This document shows positions 27,952 through 44,365 of a DNA stretch of 64,000 bases, piece by piece. Each line of letters opens with the position of its first letter. Position 1 is the first letter of the stretch. Below the pieces are notes generated by a model, which saw only the letters and a program-made list of their open reading frames with translations, ran no database searches and was not told the DNA's origin. The translations under genes were made by a program, and so were the position numbers. Source of the stretch: the human T2T-CHM13v2.0 reference genome, Homo sapiens; assembly GCF_009914755.1 (NCBI RefSeq), contig NC_060928.1; one strand, 5' to 3'.

Positions 27952-28967
27952 TGAAGGTGTGGCCTGACCCTCCACACCTGTGGGTATTTCTAGTCGGGTG
28001 GGACGAGAGACTGAGAAAAGAAATAAGACACAGAGACAAAGTATGGAGAAACAACAGTGGACCTAGGGGACCGGCGCTCAGCATACCAAGGATCTGAACC
28101 GGCACAGGCCTCTGAGTTCCCTCAGTTTTTATTGATTATTATTTTTATTATTTTAGGAAAAAAGAATGTAGTAGGAGGGCAGGGTAATAATAAGGAGAAG
28201 GTCAGCAACGAACATGTGAGCAATAGAATCTAAGTCATAAGGAAGTTCAAGGGAAGGTACTATGACTGGACGTGTCTCTAAGCAAGATTGATGTTTCTCT
28301 CCACCCAAACATCTCAGTGGAGTAAAGAATAACAAGGCAGCATTGCTGCAAACATGTCTCACCTCCCGCCATAGGGCGGTTTTTCTCGCGTCTCAGAATT
28401 GAACAAATGTACAATCGGGTTTTATACGGAGACATTCAGTTCCCAGGGGCAGGCAGGAGACAGCGGCCTTCCTGTCTCTCAACTGCAAGAGGCTTTCCTC
28501 TTTGACTAATCCACCTCAGCACAGACCCTTTACGGGTGTCGGGCTCGGGGACGGTCAGGTCTTTCTCCTCCCACGAGGCCACTTTTCAGACTATCACACG
28601 GGGTGAAACCTTGGACAATACGGTGCTTTCAAGGGCACGGCTCCCTGAGGCTTTCCACAGTGTATTGTGCCCCTGGTTTATTGAGACTAGAGAATGGCGA
28701 TGACTTTTACCAAGTATACTGCTTGGAAACATCTTGTTAACAAGGCACGTCCTGCACAGCCCTAGATCCCTTAAACTTTGATTTCATACAACACATGCTT
28801 TTGTGAGCTTCAGGTTGGGTCAAAGTGGCTGGGGCAAAGCTACACATTAACAACATCTCAGCAAAGCAATTGTTGAAAGTACAGGTCTTTCTCAAAATGG
28901 AGTCTCTTATGTCTTTCCTTTCTACATAGACACAGTAACAGTCTGATTGCTCTTTCTTTTGCCTACA
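27952..28967 (-). mobile_element. Solo HERV-K(HML-2) LTR5, probably LTR5A, 1016 bp, TSD CTCACT
   Basis: Reverse LTR5 motifs (gagactgagaaaagaaataagacacagagac, gattgctctttcttttgcctaca); ctcact at 27946-27951 and 28968-28973. Confidence 0.95.
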
Positions 28968-29479
28968 CTCACTGAACTGCCCTTCCCATCTGCTGGGCCA
29001 TGACCACGGAGAACAGGTCCACTGTCCTCCCTGTGTGGTGCACCATGGAGGCTCAGACTCCGTCCTCAAGGCTGGCAAGAAGACAGGTTGAGACATGAGC
29101 CTCCTGATACTGGTGACGGGAGTGGAGCCCACAGGACTGGAACCTCACACTGCAGGGCTGGAGGCACAGACTGACTATTTACTATTCTGTGGCCTGGGGT
29201 GCTCAAGGCACAGAGCTCCTTATTAGCCAAAGTCACCCAAGTTCCCCAACCTCTAAAGATTTCCTCATAATAATGCAAGAAGAAGAAGAGAAAAGTGAGT
29301 GTCCATAGAAGCTTTGGGGCTCTTCCTCTAATCAGGAGAAAGCTGGTGTGTATTCTTCACTTCTTTCTTTTCTTTTTAAACATCCAACTGCTTTAATTTT
29401 CATCTTTTATTATGGGAAAATATACCACATATAAATATTAAAAATTATAAATATATATTAGTTTATATAGAATGGCCAG

Positions 29480-31435
<1,956 letters not shown>

Positions 31436-31480
31436 CAAAAGAAACAAACAACAACAGACAACAGATAAGGATACAGCATG

Positions 31481-31800
<320 letters not shown>

Positions 31801-32079
31801 CCAGCATGATTTCAAGAGCAGAAAGAGAAGAGCTTAAAAACCAGCATAATGAGAAAGTTAGGAAGCTTCTTACCAAAGCATCTGGAAAGATGCAAGAAAT
31901 TCTTGTGAACTAAAATTTTCATACTGTACTATCAAACACTAGAACTCACTTATTCCATCTTTCTGTATTTTGGGACCCAATTATCCACTTGTCTTCATTC
32001 CCTAACCCACCCCTTTTCTTCCCAGTGTCTGCTAACCACCTTTTTCCACCTTCCTGAGATTCCTTTTGTGTGTAGGTGT

Positions 32080-32362
32080 GTGATGGAGTCTCTTTCTGTT
32101 GCCCAGGTTGGAGTACGCAGGCACAATCCGGCACACTGCAAGCTCCGCCTCCTGAGTTCAAGTGCTTCTTGGGCCTCAGCCCTCCGAGTAGCTGAGACTA
32201 CAGGCACGCGTCACCACGCCCGGCTCTTTGTTTGTGTTTTCCGTAGAGACGGGGTTTCACCATGTTGGCCAGGCAGGTCTCGAACTCCTGGACTCAAGTG
32301 ATCCGTGCGACTCGGCCTCCCGGAGTGCTGGGATTACAGGCCTGAGCCACCACACCTGGCCA
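32080..32362 (-). mobile_element. AluS
   Basis: Reverse Alu consensus. Confidence 0.88.
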
Positions 32363-32730
32363 AGGTTTCCTTTTTTCTTCCTACATAGAAGTGAGGACTT
32401 GAAATATTTGTCATTCTGTGCATGGCTTATTTCATTTAATATACAGACCTGCAATCTCATCCATTTTGTCTGCAGCGGAGAGGAGTTTCTTCCTTTTTAG
32501 GCTGAATAATACTTCACTGGGTGTGTATACCACAGTTTCTTCATTGAAACAAATTTCTGAAGAGCAAATATTTTTAAAATGTCTCGGAATGTGAAACTTC
32601 AGGGATACTGTGCCCATTTTGTTCTTTTCTATTTCCCATCTTATGTATATGCAAGTGTATAACAAAGCAGCAATCAATGTGTGTATAAATCTATAACTTC
32701 AACAAATGTAAAATGTAAATGCTAAGTGGT

Positions 32731-33136
<406 letters not shown>

Positions 33137-33895
33137 TCATATTACAATTATTTTCTGTTCTTACTCATTGGAGCTTGATGCCCCTAAAAACTTCATCATT
33201 GGAACCACCTCTGGTCCTTTAAAAGAAAAAAAAAATCCACATTCTCACACAGGTGCAAGAAAATGAGAATCTCAGGCATTGAGACCCAGGCCTCATCATT
33301 TGTAAGCTCCCAAGGTGAGTTGACTCAAAGCCAAGATTGAGGAACAGCGACATGGATCTCCACATAACCTGCCTAAACAGATTCTCTAGAAGCAGTTTAT
33401 AAAGAAATTCCACATGAACTGTGGAAGAGGATATGAATATGATGAAGAGTATGTCCTCACTTAACATCTTTGAAAGTCTCTTGGAAACTTCACCTTGAAG
33501 CAAAATTATATATAGTGAAACCACTTATTTTTCATCAACAGTATAACTACACAACTTTGAACAACCAATGGTGTTGGAGGACCTCCTGTACATTGTTTCC
33601 ATAAAGTCAGTTTTCAGGGAATTCCAAAACGAAGTGAGTACTTCTTGTATATAAAAAGATGTTTGTGATTCCACCTGGATGACAGGTTATTGCTCAGAAA
33701 GTAAAAGAGGCCACCTAGGTATAGAGGATTCTGTCATGAGGTTTCTGCTAAACAAAGGATCCCAGAATCCTCACCCATTCCAGTTAAAGGCATAACGAAG
33801 AAAACAATATTCACAAAGGAAATGGGGAAAGGAATAAAAGCCATCAAGCCACAAAAAGAAAGTGACTAAGGGGCAGGGTTTGCAGATGTAGAGAT

Positions 33896-34900
33896 TTAAT
33901 GTGGTTGCCCTTTCTCACCCACACAAGAAAAAGAATGAAACAGATCATGAAATTCGACTGTTCTGCTGAGCAGCCTCCGCAGGGCACTTTGTATGTCCCT
34001 GTTTCTCAGGCTGTAGATGAAAAGGTTCAGCATGGGGGTGACCACAGCCTACATCACTGATGCCACCTCTCCATTCCTGGGGGGTGGTGACACAGCTGAA
34101 GTCAGGTACATGCCAATGCCTGTTCCATCAAATCAGCAAACAACTGCTAGGTGAGAGCCACAGGTGGCGAAGGCTTTATACTTCCCATCTGATGATGAAA
34201 TCCTTAGAATGGAGGGGACGATTTTATAGTAAGACCAAAGGATCCCTGAAATGGGAAGAAAACCAAACATAGTACTATCGAAATATATGAATATGCTATT
34301 GATGACGCTGTCAGAACAGGCAAGTTTGAGAAGTTGAGAGGGGTCACAGACAAAATGAGAGATTTCCACATTCTTGATGATGGTGAATTGTAACACAATC
34401 GAACTGTGCAGCTGGGAATCCAACAGGCTAAGGAAAAAGGACACCAAAACGAAGAAGACACAGAGGTGAGGATTCACGATGACTGGGTAGTGCAGAGGAC
34501 GACAGATGGCTACAAAGCAGTCATAGGCCATCACAGTCAGGAGCATGCCTTCTATACATGCAAAAAGGACCAAGAAAGACATCTGCGTCAGGCAGCCCAC
34601 ATGAGAGATGACTCTGCTATGCGACTGCATTCCACAATCATCTTGGCAACCGTGGCCGAGGTGAAACCGATGTCAGCCCAGCACAGGTTGGAGAGGAAGA
34701 AGTACATGGGGTTGTGGAGGGGGGAGTCAGAGCGGACAGCCAGGATGCTGAGCAGGTTCCTCAGCACCGTGACCAGATACATGGACAGGGACAGGGACAG
34801 CAAAGCGAGGACCGGCTGCAGTTCTGGATCCTCTGAGAGTCCCAGGAGGAGAAATTCTCAGACCCCTGTGTGATTCCGTGGCTCTGTGTGTCTTGGACAC
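33896..34900 (-). pseudogene. Olfactory receptor family 7 subfamily E pseudogene, copy 1
   Basis: OR motifs [64 protein letters not shown] spread over several frames; in-frame stops and frameshifts; no start ATG. Confidence 0.95.
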
Positions 34901-35532
34901 CTTGAGAAGGAAAGAGGATTGGAAAAATAAAAGATAAAAACCAGCCCTTAATGCTGGATGCAAGCAATTCACAAGGAACATCTTCACACTTGCGGACCAT
35001 ACACCGCCAGCAATGTTTCTCAGTTGTGACAATTCCAAAAATCTCAGAATTATTACGTGATTTCCTTTTTGGCTATACAAGGCTTTCTATACATACTACT
35101 TTAGAGAAAATCCACTGAAGAATATTAGAAGACCAAAACATCATATATAACAAATCCGTGATCTCAGTAAAATACGGCCTACTCTTTTCTGAAAAAATAC
35201 AATGCAATGACAATGTCCTTCTCTCTTTAAGAAAAAGATCTCAGTCTAATTGAAAGGAATTAAGAAGCCATGAAATACACTCTACTTTATTCTGACACCG
35301 TGCTACAGCTTCCACTGATGTAGAATATGTAAAAGGACGACACAAGAGCTAGGACCCCATTATCTGAAAACGGCATTGAACCTTATAGTTCTCAATCGGA
35401 GATCTTTTCACATGCCTGTTACTTTTCATATTTATTATCATCCTTCAGTTGTCTGACATCATTTCTTCATAAAAGTACATGCACGCTCAAAGATGGGAGC
35501 TGTGTTTCCAAATGAATTGAATATATAGCTGT

Positions 35533-35752
35533 TGGCCCAGCACCATGGCTCACACCTGTAATCCCAGCACTTTGGGCTGCCGAGGCTGATGGATCACCTA
35601 AGGTCAGGAGTTCCAGACCAGCCTAGCCAATGTGGTGAAACCCCGCCTCCAGTGAAAATTAAAAAAAAATTAGCCGGGCCTTGTGGCGGCTAACCCTAGC
35701 TACTCGGGAGGCTGAAGCAGGAGAATCCCTTAGAACCTGGAAGGCAGAGATT
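35533..35752 (+). mobile_element. Alu truncated in the right arm, fused directly to satellite
   Basis: ...ggaaggcagagattg then gacaccctgtgat. Confidence 0.85.
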
Positions 35753-38186
35753 GGACACCCTGTGATAGGATTTTTGATATCCTGGAGAGATATTGCTCCT
35801 GACAGCAGAGTGGGGGTACACCCTGTGATATTATTTGTAATATCCTAGAAAGATATTGCTCCTAATATCACAGTGGCTCTACACCCTGTGATCTTAATTG
35901 TAATATCCTACAGAGATATTACTCCTAATAATACAGTGGGTGTACAGCCTGTGATATTATTCATAATATATTACAGAGATACGACTCCTGATATCACAGT
36001 GAGTGTACACCATGTTTGTACACTCTGTGATCTTATTTGTAACAACTTAGAAAAATATTACAGCTAATATCAAAGTGGGTGTACACCCTGCGATGTTATT
36101 TGTCATCCACTAGGTAGATGTTACTCCTAATATCACAGTGAGTGTACACCATGAGCGTACAGACTGTGAAATTATTCGTAATACCCTAGGAAGATATTAC
36201 TCCTCATATCACAGTGGGTGTACACTGTGAGTGATATTTTTTTCTAATACCCAGCGGGGGAGAGGATGACATTGCTTTCAATATCACAGAAGGCGTACAC
36301 CTCCCTGTGATATTGTTCCTAATATCCAGGAAAGGAGAGGATGACATTATTCGCAATATCACTGGGGGTGTACCACCTCCCGCCGGGATATTGTTCTTAA
36401 TATCCGGAGGTGGAGAGAATGATGTTACTCCCAATATCACAGGGGGTGTACACCACCCCTGTTTGTAAACACCCCCTGTGATATTGTTCCAAATGGCCTG
36501 TGAAAGAGTAAACATGACTCCCATTATTGCGGGGGGTGTTCAGCCCTGATGATATTGTTTTCTAACATCCAGGGAAGGAGAGTATGCTATTACTTCCAAT
36601 ATCGCAGGGGTTGTACACCCTTTTGTGTTTTTGTGCCCAATATCCAGGAAAATAGAGGATGATATTACTCCCAATGTCGAAGTAATTGTACAGCACCCCT
36701 GTGATATTCTTCCTAATATCCCGAAAGGAAAAGAATGATATTACTCCCAACAGCGTAGCAAACGTATACCCACGCTGTGGTATCTTTCCCAGTATCCAGG
36801 TGGGGAGAGGATCATATTACTTCCAATGTCGCAGGGTGTGTACACCCCCTCTGTGATCTCGTTGCTAACATCCAGGTTTGGGGAGGACGACATTACTCCC
36901 AATATCGCAGGGGGAGTACACACCCCTGTGAAAATCTTCCTATTTTCAGAGGGAGAGAGGATAGTATTACTCCCAGTACCGCAGGGGGTATCCACAGCCC
37001 TGTGATACTCTTCCTAATATCCACAGGGAGAGAGGATGATATGACTCCCAATATCGCAGGGGGTGTACACAACCCTGTGATATTGTTCCTAACATCCAGA
37101 GCGAAAGAGGATGATATGACTCTCAATATCGCAGAGGGTGTACACCCCTCCTGTAATATTGTTCTGAATACCCTGGGAGGGAGAGAATAAGGTTACATTA
37201 AATATCGCAGGTAATGTACACCATCCGCCTCTGATACCCTTCCTAATGTCCAGGGGAAGAGAGGAAAGTTTCACTCCCAATATGACAGAGGCAGTACACC
37301 CCACCTGTGATGTTGTTCCCAATATCCAAGGGGGGAGATGATGATACTACTCTCAATATCGCAGGACTGTTCACATCCCCAGTGACATTTTTTCCTAATA
37401 TCTAGGGGAGAGAGAATTATATGACAGCAAAGGTCGCAGGGTCTGTGCATCCCTTCCTGATATTGCTCCTAATATCCAGGGGGGAAGAGGATGATATCAA
37501 ATATGAAAGCGGGTGTACATCCCCCACCCCTACGATATTGCTCTTAATAATCGTGAGGGGAGATGATGATATGACTCCAAATATCTCTGGGGTTGTTCAC
37601 AACCCCCTGTGATATTGTGTCTGATAGGGGGAGAGAAAATCATATTACTTCCAATATTGCAGGTGTTGTATACCCCACCTGATATATGGCACCGAATATC
37701 CAAAGAGGGACAGGATGGTATTCATACCAATATCGAAGTGTGTGTACACGCCCCTTGTGATATGGTTTTTAATATCCAGTGGGCGGGAGGATGATATTAG
37801 TCCCAACATCCCAGAGGGTGTACACTACCCCTGTGATAATACTGTCCCTAACTTCCAGAGGGAAGAGGATGATATCACTCCCAATATCTCAGAAGTTGTA
37901 CATCCCCCTTGATATTGTTCGTCATATCCACAGAGGAGCAGGATGACATTCCATTGAATTTCGCGACCGGCGTACACGCACAGTGTGATATTGTTCCTAA
38001 TATCCAGGAAGGGAGAGGATGATATTACTCCCAATAAAGCAGTGGGTGTACATCACCCCAGTGTTATTGTCTCTAATATCCGGGGCCAGGGTAGGTGGGG
38101 AGAGGAGAACATTCCCTCAAATTTAGCAGTTGGTTTGACGCCCCTTCTGGTGTTGTTTTACATATCCAGCGGGGAAGACAATAGTA
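35753..38186. repeat. SATR-type satellite: ~63-bp units to ~36230, then ~70-76-bp units
   Basis: Recurring gatattactcccaatatcgcagggggtgtacacccctgtgatatt. Confidence 0.9.
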
Positions 38187-41100
38187 CTATTTTTGATAGT
38201 CCGATTCGTCCACTGCACCTTTCCGGAATGCTGAGGTCGGGAGGCGGCATGCATTTTCCGTGTGATTCCCAATACCTTTGCCGTCTTCTGTAACAAGGCA
38301 GCCAAAAACGCAGGCCCCTTGTCTGAGCCGATCCGTAAGGGCGGTCGAAATCTAGGAATCAGGTCTCGAAGAAGCACACGGGTTACTTCACGAGCTTTCT
38401 CAGTTAGCGTTGGATAAGCCTCCACCCACCCAGAGTAGGTACACACAAGAACTAGTACATACTTGTTACCTCCACACTTTGGCATCTCTGTGAAGTCCAC
38501 CTGGAGACCTTCAAAGGGGGCTGCTCCATAAGCTCCTATGCCAGGCAGAACGGCTGGACCTTGCCTCGCATCATGCTGTCGGCAGGTAACACACCCCTGC
38601 CTCACCGTTTTGGCAAGAGCTGACAAAGGCGAGATGTAGAAATACCGGCCTAACAACTTTTCCAGTGACTCCTGATGTCGATGGGTGGTTTCTTGCACAG
38701 CCAGTACAACTGCAGCTCCTAGCAGCTGTGGCACAGCTACTCTCCCATCTGGTAACCGAATCCATCCTTCCTCCATCACTTGTCCTTCCCTCTACCTGGA
38801 GAAAGTCCTTTTCTTCTTTAGAAGAAGTAGGTCCAAGATCAGGTGCTTGAGGGAGCACTGCTGCCCCGAAGGGGGCAGATGCTGCTTTTCGAGCCTCTGA
38901 GTCAGCGCGGGAATTCCCCAAACCCAGCAAGGTGGAAGCTCGCTGGTGTCCCCTGCAATGCATAACTGCCACCTTGTGGGGTTTCCATACTGCTTCTAAT
39001 CATTGCAAGATTTCTTGTTGACATTTTCTGTCTTTCCCCCAAGAGTTCAATAGGCCTTTTTCTTTCTATCACACTCCATGCACTTGAAGGGTTCAAAAGA
39101 CATACCGAGAATCAGTGTAAATGTTGACAGTCTCACCCTCACTGAGTTCTAAGGCCCGAATGAAAGCAATGAGTTCAGCTTTCTGGGCTGATGTGGCCTG
39201 GGACAACGATCTGGCTTCAACAACAGTGTCCAGGGTTATCACTGCACACCCTGCACCTCTCTCTCCTTGGGGGTTGAAGAAGCTACTCCCATCCACGTAT
39301 AGTTCCCAGTCTACTGATGCCCAAGGCTGGCCCCGGAGGTCAGGTCTGCTAGAGTCAATTGTGTCCAACACTTCTACACAACGAGGCTCGACGGGGCTCT
39401 CTGATACCGGGAGCAAGGTGGCGGGGTGTAGGCTGTTACAAACTTCAATGGTTATACCGGGATTTTCACAGAGCCAAGTCTGGTACTGGGTGAGTCTGGC
39501 ATTCGTTAGCCAATGATGTCCTTTAGTATTCATTAAAGTCACCACAGCACGGGAGGCCTTTATGTTCAGGTTTTGCTCAAGAGTCAGCTTATTTGCTTCT
39601 TGTACTCGCAGGGCAGTTGCTGCCAAGGCCTTCCAACAGGGGGGCCATCCTTTAGAAACCCCGTCTAGTCGTTTAGAGAGGTAGGCCACCCGCCTAGGCC
39701 TGGGCCCCACAGTTTGGGTTCAAAGTCCAGCAGCCATCTTTTCTCTCTCTGATGCATACAGTGGAAAAGGCTTTGTCAGATCGGGTAGCCCCAGGGCTGG
39801 GGCTGCCAGAAGTTTTTCCTTTAACTCATGAAAGCCTTGCTGTTGTTGGGATCCGCATTCCAAAGGTTCCTCGTCCCCGCCCCCTTTGTGACCTCATACA
39901 AAGTCTTGGCTAATACTGCAAAGTTTGGGATCCACAGTTTACGAAACCCCACAGCTCCTAAGAATTCTCTCACCTGCCTTCTGCTCTTAGGCTCTGCTAG
40001 ATTGCAAATGACCTGCTTTCATTCTGATCCCGGGCTGCGTTCCCACCCGTCAGATAGTCAATCCCAAGGAACGTACCTGCTGTCGGCAGATCTGAGCTTT
40101 CTTCTTGGACACCTTACACCCACAGTCCTCCAGGTGCCGGTGTAGGGCATCTGTTCCCTTGGCACACCCGACTGCCGTGGGGTGTCCCAGCAGAAGGTCA
40201 TCAACCTACTGGAGCAACACGCAGCCTAGGTCTCTGCTGGGAAACTTCTGGAGGTCTCGAGCCCACGCCTCCCCGAAGATGGTGGGGGAGTTCTTGAACC
40301 CTTGTGGAAGCCCGGTCCAAGTGTACTGAGTAGTGACACCTGGCTCCGGATCTTCCCACTGAAAGGCAAACAGCTTCTGCCTCTCTGGGGCTAATCTGAT
40401 AGGAAAGAAAGCGTCTTTCGGGTCCAAGCAGGTGAACCCGCTGTCCTTAGCTGGCAGCAAACCCAACAATGTGGACGGGTTAGGTACTGTTGGATGGAAA
40501 GTCAGTGTAGCTTGATGAAGCAAGCGCAAATCCTGTACCTGACTGTAGTCCTTGGTCCGTGGCTTGGGAAAAGGCAGGAGGAGAGTGTTGCATGGAGACT
40601 GACAAGGAACAATAATTCCAAAAGTTCTTAGGTGCTTGAGACGGACCTGGATACCTTGAAGGGCTTCTCTGGGGACCGGGTCCCGCTTTTTCCTCACCGG
40701 CTGGGCCCCAATCTTAATTGGCCAATCCCGGAGGGTTGTCTTCTGCCCGTACTCTTGGCCACCGCTTAGTCAGAGCTGGTCTTCTCTCTTGGCCCGGCTC
40801 AGTTAAGAAAAGTCTCCATTCCTCCTCTCGGGGGAACATAAGGGTCACAGTGACTCCCGCTCCGGGTAACTTTAGCAGCAAAGAGCTGTGCTCTGTCAAA
40901 GAGATAGTGGCTCTCAGCTTGCTGAGCAAGTCCTTTCCCAAAAAGGTCAAGGGACAGTCACGCATGTACCAAAACTGATGAATGACTGAATGTCCTCCTA
41001 CAGTACAAGTCCAAGACAAGCAGAAAGCTTGCTTTGTTGAAACCCTCATGGCTCCGATGACATCAATAGTCTTTTTGGATAAGGGGGCGACCGGGGCGGT

Positions 41101-42280
41101 TACTAGCGAATGTTCAGCACCGCTATCTACAAGAAAGTCAATGTCTCCACCCCCGACTGTCATTCTGACCACAGGCTCTTTGGGGACGCTTGAGCCCGGT
41201 CTCCCTCAGTCCAAGAACCCTTCTGCCAGGTTGAGCAGGGCCCCTTCCTCCTTGTCCGGGGCCTCCTGCTCTGAGTCACCTTGTTTTCTTTTGAGCTCAG
41301 GGCATTTGTTCTTCCACTGTCCTATTTCTTTACAATAAGCACACTGGTTACGCTGCAAACTCTGACAGCCAAGCTGAGTTTCTTTCCCAGGACCCCCCTT
41401 CCCTTGCCTCTTTGGGGGGGCCCCTCTGATTGCTGCAGCTGACAAACAGGTCGACGTGTCACCGGGCCTGACCTCCATTCTCTTTGCCATTTTCCTTAGG
41501 GCTTACTGCATCCCTGTTTACAAACACCTGGCTAGCTATTTCTAGTAATTGTGATGGATTCATCCCTGCAAGCCCAGCCTGTTTCTGCAGTTTTCTTCTC
41601 ATGTCTTCTGCGCTTTGACGGACTAAAGCCATGTGAATCATACGCTGATTTTCAGGGCTATCGGGATCAAAGGGAGTATACATACGATAGGCCTCACACA
41701 GTCTCTCGTAGAATTGTGCCGGACTTTCTTCTTTTCCCTGAATGACCTCAGAGAGCTTGTTAACGTTCGTGGCCTTCTGAGCTCCCCTCATTAATCCTTC
41801 CAAGAGAGCTTCCCTGTCTCATTTAGCCTTTGCATATCCTCTCTTTCATGTGGGTCCAAATGGGGGTCTGTTCCTGGCAACTGGGTCCTTCCATGCTCTT
41901 GGGGGTTTTGATAATCAGCTGGTGCATGTTCCTCTAGCCACTTAGTTGCTGCTTGGAGGACTCTCCGCCTTTCTTCGCTGTTAAAGAGGAACACGAGCAA
42001 CTGGTGCCAATCAGCCAAGGTGGGGCTGTGGGTCTGGATAACAGCTTGGAGAAAATCAATTAGGGCTTGTGGCTTTTCGGTATAGGGCGGTGTATTGTTT
42101 TTCCAGTTGAGAAGGTCGACACAGGTGAAGGGCTGGTAGCCAAAAGCACGCCTCTCCACCACGTGACCATCCTCATCTATCCCAGTATACCGCTGCTCTC
42201 TCAGGGGCATTTGTGTCCCCGTTTTGCGTCTCAAACGAGCTGCCAAGGGAGGGGTGGAATGGCGCAATGCGACTTACCGC
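38187..42280 (-). mobile_element. HERV-E internal gag-pro-pol fragment, copy 1 (~4.1 kb; no LTR, no env, defective)
   Basis: Capsid QGKEESPAQFYERL, NC knuckle CAYCKEIGQWKNKC, protease FLVDSGA, RT LPQGFKNSP and *VDD, RNase H YVDGSS/AELIA/IYTDS, integrase LQVDFTEMP...SGWVEAYP. Confidence 0.93.
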
Positions 42281-42610
42281 AATTAATAATCTCACTTATT
42301 AATTGACACTACTAATTATCAATATTAATAACCGATAATATAATTTTAAAAATCAACACCGATAATAATGATAATTAATATTAGAGAGTTATACTAACGA
42401 TAACAATAAATGATTAATATTAATGATTAATGATGCCTGATATTAATAACTGATATTGACCTTATTCATTAGAAAACAGTCATATTAGCCCCTAATAGTT
42501 AATATTAATATTGGGAAAACTTTTTATTAGCAATTATTTAATATGAATATTAATATCGGTCATTCATATTCATGTTAATAATAAATGAGGAATAATTCAT
42601 AGTAATATTA
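42281..42610. repeat. AT-rich low-complexity block, copy 1
   Basis: Dense taat/attaat/aatatt motifs. Confidence 0.85.
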
Positions 42611-44360
42611 CTCCCTAATACCTCAGTGGGTGCACACCCACCTGTGATATTGCTCCTAATGTCCAGGGAGAGAGAGAGCATGATATTACGTTCAATATCG
42701 CAGTACGTGTACACCCACCGGTGATATTGATCCAAATATAATCTCCAGGGGGTGGAGTATGACGTTACTCACAATATAGCACTGGGTGTGCATCCACCCG
42801 GTGAATTTGCTCCTAATATTCACAGAAGAAGAGCATGCTATTACCCCCAACATCGCAGGAAGTGTACACCCCCGTATGAGATGGTCTTTAAAAATATTCC
42901 AAGGAGCAGGACATGATATGACAACATATATGGCAGAAAGTGGACACCCCCAAGGATATCGTTCCCATGATCCTGGAAAGTAGAGGATAATATTAGTTTC
43001 AATATCACAGAAGGTGGACACGCCCCCAATGATATTGTTTCTAATTGCAACGTGGAAGTGGAGGACATGACACCCGATATCCCAGGGAGTAGAAACACCC
43101 CTGTGATATTGTTCCTAATATTGAGGGAGGAAGAGGATGATATGACTCCCAATACAGACCGGTGTACAACCTCTGTACACAAAGGGTGTACACCGGTCTG
43201 TGAAACAGTTCAAAATCCCCAGAGCGGGAGATGATATTACTCACAATACGATAAACAGGCTGTGAGTCCATCGCGGGTCCTAAGAGCCAGGGGGGCAAGA
43301 GGGGCTGGCTCTCACTCTCCGCACCGGGAGTACATCCCCCCGTGACCTTGTTAGTCATTTCCTGGGTGGAGAGGATGATCTTACTGCCAATATTGCAGGG
43401 CTTGAACACACCCCTGTGAAAATCTTCCTATTTTCAGAGGGAGAGAGGATGATATTACTCCCAGGACCGCTGGGGGTTTCCACAGCCCTGTGATACTCTT
43501 CCTAATATCCACAGGGAGAGAGGATGATATGACTCCCAATATCGCAGGGGGGGTACAGAACCCTGTGATATTGTTCCTAATATCCCGAGCGAAAGAGGAT
43601 TATATGACTCTCAATATCGCAGAGGGTGTACACCCCTCCTGTAATATTGTTCTGATTACCGTGGGAGGCAGAGGATAAGGTTACGTTGAATGTCGCAGGG
43701 AATGTACACCCTCCCCCTCTGATACCCTTCCTAATGTCCAGGGGAAGAGAGGAAAATTTCACTCCCAATATCACAGAGGCAGTACACCCCACCTGTGATA
43801 TTTTTCCCAGTATGCAAGGGGAGAGGATGATACTACTCTCAATATCGCAGGGCTGTTCACATCCCCAGGGACATTTTTTCCTAATATCTATGGGAGAGAG
43901 AATTATATGACAGCAAAGGTCGCAGGGTCTGTACATCCCTTCCTGATATTGTTCCTAATATCCAGGGGGAAAGAGGATGATATCAAACATGAAAGGGGGT
44001 GTACATCCCCCACACCTACGATATTGTTCTTAATAATCGTGAGGGGAGAGGATAATATTACTCCAGATATCCCAGGGATTGTTCACCCTTTTGTGTTTTT
44101 GTGCCCAATATCCAGGAAAATAGAGGATGATGTTACTCCCAATGTCGAAGTAATTGTACAGCACCCCTGTGATATTCTCCCTAATATCCAGAAAGGAAAA
44201 GAATGATATTACTCGCAACAGCGTAGGAAATGTATACCCGCGCTGTGTTATCTTTCCCAGTATCCAGGTGGAGAGAGGATCATATTACTTCCCATGTCGC
44301 AGGGTGTGTACACCCCCTCTGTGATTTCGTTGCTAACTTCCAGGTTTGGGGAGGAAGACC
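42611..44360. repeat. SATR-type satellite, ~70-76-bp units
   Basis: Same monomer as 36230-38186. Confidence 0.9.
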
Positions 44361-44365
44361 CAGAT

